From positions 21,608 to 85,607 of the forward strand of contig PFSB01000013.1 of the NCBI GenBank assembly GCA_002788855.1: a DNA stretch of 64,000 nucleotides, given 5' to 3'. Below, piece after piece: positions 59,137 to 64,000 of the stretch. Position 1 is the stretch's first letter; every line of letters begins with the position of its first letter. This DNA comes from Candidatus Roizmanbacteria bacterium CG_4_9_14_0_2_um_filter_38_17 (lineage in GTDB: Bacteria > Patescibacteriota > Microgenomatia > GCA-00278855). The position numbers were made by a program, and so were the translations under genes. Below the pieces are notes generated by a model. That model was not told the DNA's origin. It saw nothing but the letters and a program-made list of their open reading frames with translations, and made no database searches.

Positions 59137-59496
59137 ATGGCAATGAAACTTTTTGTAGGGGGCTTATCTTGGGATACCAATGATGACACCTTAAAACAAT
59201 TTTTTGTAAAAGTAGGTCCTGTAGCTTCCGCATCGGTAATCACAGATAGATATACTGGCAAATCCAGAGGTTTTGGTTTTGTAGAAATGGAAAATGACGC
59301 TGATGCTAAAAAAGCTATAGAGGAACTTAATGGTAAAGAGCTAGATGGTCGAGCTATCAATGTAAATGAAGCTAAACCAAGGGAGCCAAGGAATGATTCT
59401 TTTAACCGCGGCGGTGGAGGCGGAGGAGGAAGAGATGATCGAAGAGGTGGAGGTGGGGGAGGACGAGATTCTAGAGATAGAAGATCTTCTTATTAA
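59137..59496 (+). CDS. RRM RNA-binding protein with Gly/Arg-rich tail
   Basis: RNP2 LFVGGL, RNP1 RGFGFVEM; upstream GGAGGTG. Confidence 0.95.
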   Translation: MAMKLFVGGLSWDTNDDTLKQFFVKVGPVASASVITDRYTGKSRGFGFVEMENDADAKKAIEELNGKELDGRAINVNEAKPREPRNDSFNRGGGGGGGRDDRRGGGGGGRDSRDRRSSY

Positions 59497-59584
59497 CCAC
59501 TCTTTTTAATTCAAGATATATTATCTTAAAGTAGAGAAAATTTTCATGTTAAATAATCGTGATGTTTTTTTGGTGGGAAAAAGT

Positions 59585-59613
59585 AAAAGTTTTAAAACCG
59601 GGTTTTAAAATAA
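59585..59613. repeat. Palindrome family D, copy 1
   Basis: AAAAG-TTTTAAAACC-G-GGTTTTAAAA-TAA, identical to 62726-62754. Confidence 0.88.
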
Positions 59614-59952
59614 CTATGAAAGATTTATACAAAGGCAATGGGCGTTTGCGCCATGAGAGCCATTTTATTGAGCAGGGTCCGTTTCAAGCGATATCATTCG
59701 ACTCTTACCAGTCAAAAGAAGTGAATCCTAAGCTTAAGCAAGGACTAAATGTCAGGGCGCTCTAGGGGACACCAGGAAGATGCAAGACGAGAGGCAGTTA
59801 TTGAGTTTGTTAGGTGTTTACAAGGCAAAAAAGTAGCTCCAACGTCTGATTTATCTGATCATTATAAGTCTACAATGCTCTTGTATGGTGTGTATAAGTC
59901 TGCGGTGAATAGATATCTAAACAAGAATCCCTTGATTAATGTAGCTTTTTAA
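59614..59952 (+). pseudogene. Fragmented gene remnant, possibly an oxidoreductase C-terminus
   Basis: Two overlapping short ORFs (GRLRHESHFIEQGPFQ; SDLSDH..ST.L..GVY.S) starting abruptly after the palindrome. Confidence 0.4.
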
Positions 59953-60040
59953 GTTCCAAGAGCAACAAAGATTTTAGTTTCATTATTTGTGTGTCGTTGT
60001 TCTTATTTTATCATCTAACTAGTATAATGTTCTCAAGCTA

Positions 60041-60730
60041 ATGAATTTTAAGCTAGTTAATTCATACGAGAATGCGGGAGAGGCAGAGGGGTTGGTTGTT
60101 GTTATTGATGTTCTTCGAGCTTTTACTACTTCTTGTTTTATAATTAATAATAATGCAAGGCAACTTATTGCTGTTGATGACTCAGAGACTGCTTTAAAAC
60201 TCAAGAAAAAATATCCGGAATATATACTAATAGGGGAGAGGAAGGGAATTAAGCCCGAGGGATTTGACCATGGTAATTCTCCACATGAGATAAAAGACAT
60301 TGATTTTACTGGTAAAACAGTAGTACTTACTACAACAACAGGAACTAAGGGTGTAAATCGGTCTGTTAATGCGGATGAGGTTATAACGGGTAGTTTTGTA
60401 AATGCAAAAGCAATATCTAGTTACATACTTAAGACCAAGCCAAGAACTGTTTCTTTTGTCTGTACCGATGATAGTTATTTTGACAATGAAGATTTCTTAT
60501 GTGCCTCTTACATTAAAAGCTTAATAGAGAAAAAATCGCTTAACTTTACAGAGATTAAAAGTTATATACAAAAACATCCTTGTTCCTATGGATATATAAC
60601 TAAACCCTTAACCAAATATGCTAGGCAAGATTTTGCCTTTTCTTTAACTGTTGATACCTTTGATTTCATTCTTATGGCAAAGAATCCTAAATCTGAAAAT
60701 ATTATTCTTGAAAAAGTTAGTATAAATTAG
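60041..60730 (+). CDS. 2-phosphosulfolactate phosphatase family (ComB-like)
   Basis: VVVIDVLRAFTT, GERKG, GFDHGNSP, TTTTGT, EDFLCA. Confidence 0.9.
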   Translation: MNFKLVNSYENAGEAEGLVVVIDVLRAFTTSCFIINNNARQLIAVDDSETALKLKKKYPEYILIGERKGIKPEGFDHGNSPHEIKDIDFTGKTVVLTTTTGTKGVNRSVNADEVITGSFVNAKAISSYILKTKPRTVSFVCTDDSYFDNEDFLCASYIKSLIEKKSLNFTEIKSYIQKHPCSYGYITKPLTKYARQDFAFSLTVDTFDFILMAKNPKSENIILEKVSIN

Positions 60731-60732
60731 TG

Positions 60733-60825
60733 TCCTTTATTCTGCTGAATAAAGGATCTCAAGCAACTTTTTGACTCTTTATCCTTTGCTCTGCTGATCA
60801 AAGGACCTCGTCAACGCTTTGACTC
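60733..60825. repeat. Two tandem hairpin units with 49-bp period (family E)
   Basis: TCCTTTATTC-TGCT-GAATAAAGGA...TTTGACTC and TCCTTTGCTC-TGCT-GATCAAAGGA...TTTGACTC. Confidence 0.8.
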
Positions 60826-60887
60826 GGGCTGGCGGTTTACGAAAAATGTCGAACTTCATTTGATTAGCTCGTCTCGCCGGAGTTTAT

Positions 60888-60908
60888 CCCGAGCGCAGTC
60901 GAAGGGCT
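60888..60908. repeat. Short repeat family F, copy 1
   Basis: CCCGAGCGCAGTCGAAGGGCT, similar to 62971-62991. Confidence 0.7.
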
Positions 60909-60963
60909 ATTTTTTGTGCGCGCGATTTTTGCTCGGCGAAGCCGGGCATTATCAAAGATCCCA

Positions 60964-62238
60964 CTAATAGACTTTAACAGTATTTCTGGAGATATCCCCA
61001 AAATTTGTAAATTGCTGATTATCTTTTGTTTCAGTATTCAAACCAAATATGTCTCCGCTGTCATGGTTTACATAAATAATTGTTTTATCGTCCGACAACC
61101 ACCCTTTTATCGTTCCACCATTAGCTCTTTCATCTTCATTCATTAACAACTGCTTTTGTTTACTTGTTGTGTCAAGAATATTAATGTCTAGATTACCTCC
61201 ATCAAATACAAGTTTTCTACAATCTGATGACGGTATAATAAATCTCATAAACTCAGTCGTTTCATAAATTTGTTCCAATTTCTGAAGATCCCCATCCGTG
61301 ATATAAATCTTCCTAGTAACTCCTTGTTTAAACGGTTCATAGCTTTCGATAACGGAGCAATTACTATTTAAACTAAAAGAAATGTAATTTGAATAATTAA
61401 GTACTGTCCAAAGAGTCGAAGAAGAGTCTTGCAGGTTAACTATTTTTATTATATCACCTGCATTATTTACTATTAATTTATCTGAACTTTTTGTAAAATA
61501 TATCCATCCGCTCGCTTCACTTATGGCTGCCTTATAAATTATTAATGGTCCGTTTGTTTCTCCTGTTACTAAGTTAAGAACATATAAACCAAACTTTATA
61601 TTAGGATTGCCTACCCTTTTCTCTTCTGGTCCAAAAATTCCAACTTCTTGAGAAGAAACTTCATATGCTAATAATTTTCCATCACTGGATATCGCAGCAG
61701 GTGATACTGATACCCCGAAAAATTTATCGTCCCCACCATTTCCAATCTGAGTAATTTGCTTCAGTTCACTCGTTTCAAAAGTGAATTTATACAGATTGAA
61801 GTTTTTACAAAAAATTGCAAATGCTCCATTGGGATCAACTTGAAAATTTTGATTGCAACCGTAATCGGCAGATTCTACATCAATAATTTTGTTAGTTGCT
61901 TTGGTATATGGATCGAGTTTCCATAATGAGAACTTATCATAAGTTGTCTCTAATGATCTTGTAAAATATACTAAATTGGGGGCAGATGTCAGTGATTCTG
62001 TGTTAGTGATCTGATTGGTAATTGATTTTTTATTAGTTTTCTCCTGTAACGACTGTTTATCTAAGAATTTTATGTAAATAAAAAATCCCAAAACTACCAA
62101 CAAAATAAAACTACATATTGAAACCAAAATCATCCAATATTTTACCTTTGGTTTTTTTGGACTTATTACTGGTTGACTAATTGGATTTTGTTCGATTTGT
62201 TGGGTATTTTGATTCCCAATATTTATTTGATTCTCCAT
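60964..62238 (-). CDS. Single-pass membrane protein with probable TolB-like beta-propeller
   Basis: Gln/Asn/Pro-rich N-terminus, TM helix, repeats such as ISSDGKLLAY and WLSDDKTIIY; start reassigned to ATG 62238. Confidence 0.75.
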   Translation of the reverse strand: MENQINIGNQNTQQIEQNPISQPVISPKKPKVKYWMILVSICSFILLVVLGFFIYIKFLDKQSLQEKTNKKSITNQITNTESLTSAPNLVYFTRSLETTYDKFSLWKLDPYTKATNKIIDVESADYGCNQNFQVDPNGAFAIFCKNFNLYKFTFETSELKQITQIGNGGDDKFFGVSVSPAAISSDGKLLAYEVSSQEVGIFGPEEKRVGNPNIKFGLYVLNLVTGETNGPLIIYKAAISEASGWIYFTKSSDKLIVNNAGDIIKIVNLQDSSSTLWTVLNYSNYISFSLNSNCSVIESYEPFKQGVTRKIYITDGDLQKLEQIYETTEFMRFIIPSSDCRKLVFDGGNLDINILDTTSKQKQLLMNEDERANGGTIKGWLSDDKTIIYVNHDSGDIFGLNTETKDNQQFTNFGDISRNTVKVY

Positions 62239-62295
62239 ATGTAACTCCAAATGAAAGTATATCATATTTTGATGAGTCAAGTATGTTGCAAATAG

Positions 62296-62456
62296 GTAAC
62301 CATTCACGAGTTTACAAAGGATTCAAAGCCGAGCTTTACATAAAATGGATAGCTTGGCTTTAGAATCGGATATAATCGCTTACTTAAGGCAAGACCTTCC
62401 ATTTCATGAAGGGTCTCGCCTTGTTTCGCTCAGTTTGTTAAATCGTGAATGGTTAC
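62296..62456. mobile_element. 161-bp MITE with terminal inverted repeats and 8-bp target duplication
   Basis: TIR GTAACCATTCACGA/TCGTGAATGGTTAC; GCAAATAG at 62288-62295 and 62457-62464. Confidence 0.88.
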
Positions 62457-62500
62457 GCAAATAGGTATTGTTTTTGTCCTAAAAAATTTGTATATTGTAA

Positions 62501-62596
62501 GTGGACTCAACAGTTACGAAATTGCTTTTTTTAATGGCGTAATCGGACAACAGAAAGCAATTTCTTGTTGAGTCCACCGGTTACGCCATTTGAGTC
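62501..62596 (+). ncRNA. Predicted pseudoknotted RNA behind a sigma70-like promoter
   Basis: Stems 62501-62512/62566-62577 and 62518-62528/62554-62564; loop 62533-62546 pairs with 62577-62590. Confidence 0.6.
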
Positions 62597-62725
62597 AATA
62601 AAAAGTTCTTTCCTCCATAGGCGGACAAGTAAAAATTTTGCGTTTTTTCTTTTACGAGCCGACAGTCTTGGAGGCGCGGCGGGTGACCCGCTTCGCCGAA
62701 TTGAGGAGGGTCATCTTGGAGTGTA

Positions 62726-62754
62726 AAAAGTTTTAAAACCGGGTTTTAAAATAA
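62726..62754. repeat. Palindrome family D, copy 2
   Basis: Identical to 59585-59613. Confidence 0.88.
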
Positions 62755-62774
62755 GTCAATTCTGATGAATTAGT

Positions 62775-62969
62775 TTATTTTTGTGTATATCCTTTTGACA
62801 ATTTTTTTAATAATTCTAAGTCCCCAGTTATGAGTGCTTCTTTTTTGGCTCTTGACCAGCCTTTTATTTGCATTTCTCTGTTCATAGCTTTTTTACGTGT
62901 ACTAAATGTTTCGTAAAAGACAGGTCTAAATACCTGATTATCTTTAACGTATTTTGCTGTTGGACTATA
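62775..62969 (-). pseudogene. C-terminal half of a second small GIY-YIG nuclease
   Basis: AKYVK...PVFYETFSTRKKAMNREMQIKGWSRAKKEALITG..LKKLSK; N-terminus missing. Confidence 0.85.
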
Positions 62970-62970
62970 G

Positions 62971-62991
62971 CCCTGAGCTTGTCGAAGGGCT
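62971..62991. repeat. Short repeat family F, copy 2, at the GIY-YIG truncation point
   Basis: CCCTGAGCTTGTCGAAGGGCT. Confidence 0.75.
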
Positions 62992-63139
62992 GGTGATCGT
63001 GGACGACGTTAGAACTAATATCCAGAGCCAAAGAGAGTATATCTATGTTCCAGATCTAAGAGAATACGCTAAGCTCTAGTTCTTTCTTCTCAGGCTAGTT
63101 TATTACATATTTACTATGTATTATAGTATAATATCGTCT

Positions 63140-63331
63140 ATGCGTGAAAACAAAGGCGATCAATCTGTTTCAGACAAAGATGCATTATGGTTTGCAGATC
63201 AGCTTAATAAGGATCTTACGGGACAAGCTGTTGAACAACAGGACACATCAGATATGCAGTGGCGATTATTTCAATATCTGCAACAGGTGGCAAATAATAA
63301 TGGCAAAGAGCCTTATTTAGGCAATGGGTAA
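63140..63331 (+). CDS. Hypothetical protein
   Basis: TATAAT 7 nt upstream of ATG 63140. Confidence 0.55.
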   Translation: MRENKGDQSVSDKDALWFADQLNKDLTGQAVEQQDTSDMQWRLFQYLQQVANNNGKEPYLGNG

Positions 63332-63337
63332 ATAACC

Positions 63338-63547
63338 ATGGGAAAAGAGATAGAACCGATAGTAGATATTGCATCACTTGTTAAGGGGCAAGTGGATTTA
63401 ACCGATCCCGCACAAGCCCATACAGTGTCGCAGGCAATACAGAAGTTAGGATATTGTCGGGAAACTATGGCAGTGTTAAACCAAAAGCTGACTGGTGAAC
63501 CCTTTGCAGATATAAGAAACAATATGCAAAGACAGGTTGAAGATTAA
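63338..63547 (+). CDS. Hypothetical protein
   Basis: ORF 6 nt after the previous stop, same strand. Confidence 0.55.
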   Translation: MGKEIEPIVDIASLVKGQVDLTDPAQAHTVSQAIQKLGYCRETMAVLNQKLTGEPFADIRNNMQRQVED

Positions 63548-63728
63548 GTTGCAACAATTTACCCCAGCCACTACTCATTATAGTTTAACTAAGTATTACA
63601 CTAATTTTCTAGTTTGTTTGTGTGTTATTTAACGGAAAAAAGGTACTCACCATTTTGTCTTGAACTGAGAAACTAGAACTTGGTAAAACTATTATACTTA
63701 TAACTAACTAGGTGTTTTTTATGAACTT

Positions 63729-64000
63729 TTAAGAAAATGTATTAGACAAATTACCTGCAATTTTAATTATGGTCAACACAATAGATACAGTTAAGCTTGA
63801 TATAATTGTGTCTATTCCAATGTCATAAAATACTTCTTGATTAAAATCTGAAACCATAAACGTATCTCTTGAACCAAATCTATCTTTGTTTTTATATCTG
63901 TAATGTAATGAGTGTAGGGCTACATAGACTAGTAGAACCAATCTACCAAATCCATATCCTAATACATAAATGTGGATTATGCCTGATTCTGGGATTTCTC
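63729..64000 (-). CDS. Hypothetical membrane protein (5'-partial)
   Basis: Frame stays open to the window edge; hydrophobic segments. Confidence 0.5.
   Translation of the reverse strand, partial: EIPESGIIHIYVLGYGFGRLVLLVYVALHSLHYRYKNKDRFGSRDTFMVSDFNQEVFYDIGIDTIISSLTVSIVLTIIKIAGNLSNTFS

Noticed and set aside
59409-59465. GGN-rich low-complexity tract
   Set aside because: Encodes the ordinary Gly-rich tail of the RRM protein.
60733-60825. Possible CRISPR array
   Set aside because: Only two diverged units, the intervening parts are similar rather than unique spacers, and no cas genes are present.

Overview
AT-rich bacterial window. The gene set and compact promoter-to-start spacing suggest Patescibacteria/CPR, probably Microgenomates; this is inference, not a database result. 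Stops follow the standard code. In order, it holds: the end of the ATP synthase operon; a de novo pyrimidine cluster (carAB, pyrB, pyrC-like, pyrF, pyrE) with no pyrD, where an SdhA/FrdA-family flavoprotein is translationally coupled to a divergent dihydroorotase; a CPA2 antiporter; pyrG plus a purine cluster (purF,D,N,L,Q,K,E,C,M) interrupted by a REP-flanked RAYT transposase; gluconeogenesis and sugar-phosphate genes; a tRNA-Lys locus invaded by a small GIY-YIG nuclease and palindromes; a lexA-uvrB-uvrA-uvrC region whose LexA looks non-cleavable; five intact tRNAs; and a repeat-rich accessory region with a MITE, a predicted pseudoknot RNA and gene remnants. Best candidates for new biology: (1) a PyrD-independent route to orotate, (2) a GIY-YIG/palindrome element parasitising a tRNA gene, (3) a -1 frameshift junction joining purD and purN. 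All calls come from reading motifs by eye; no searches were run.
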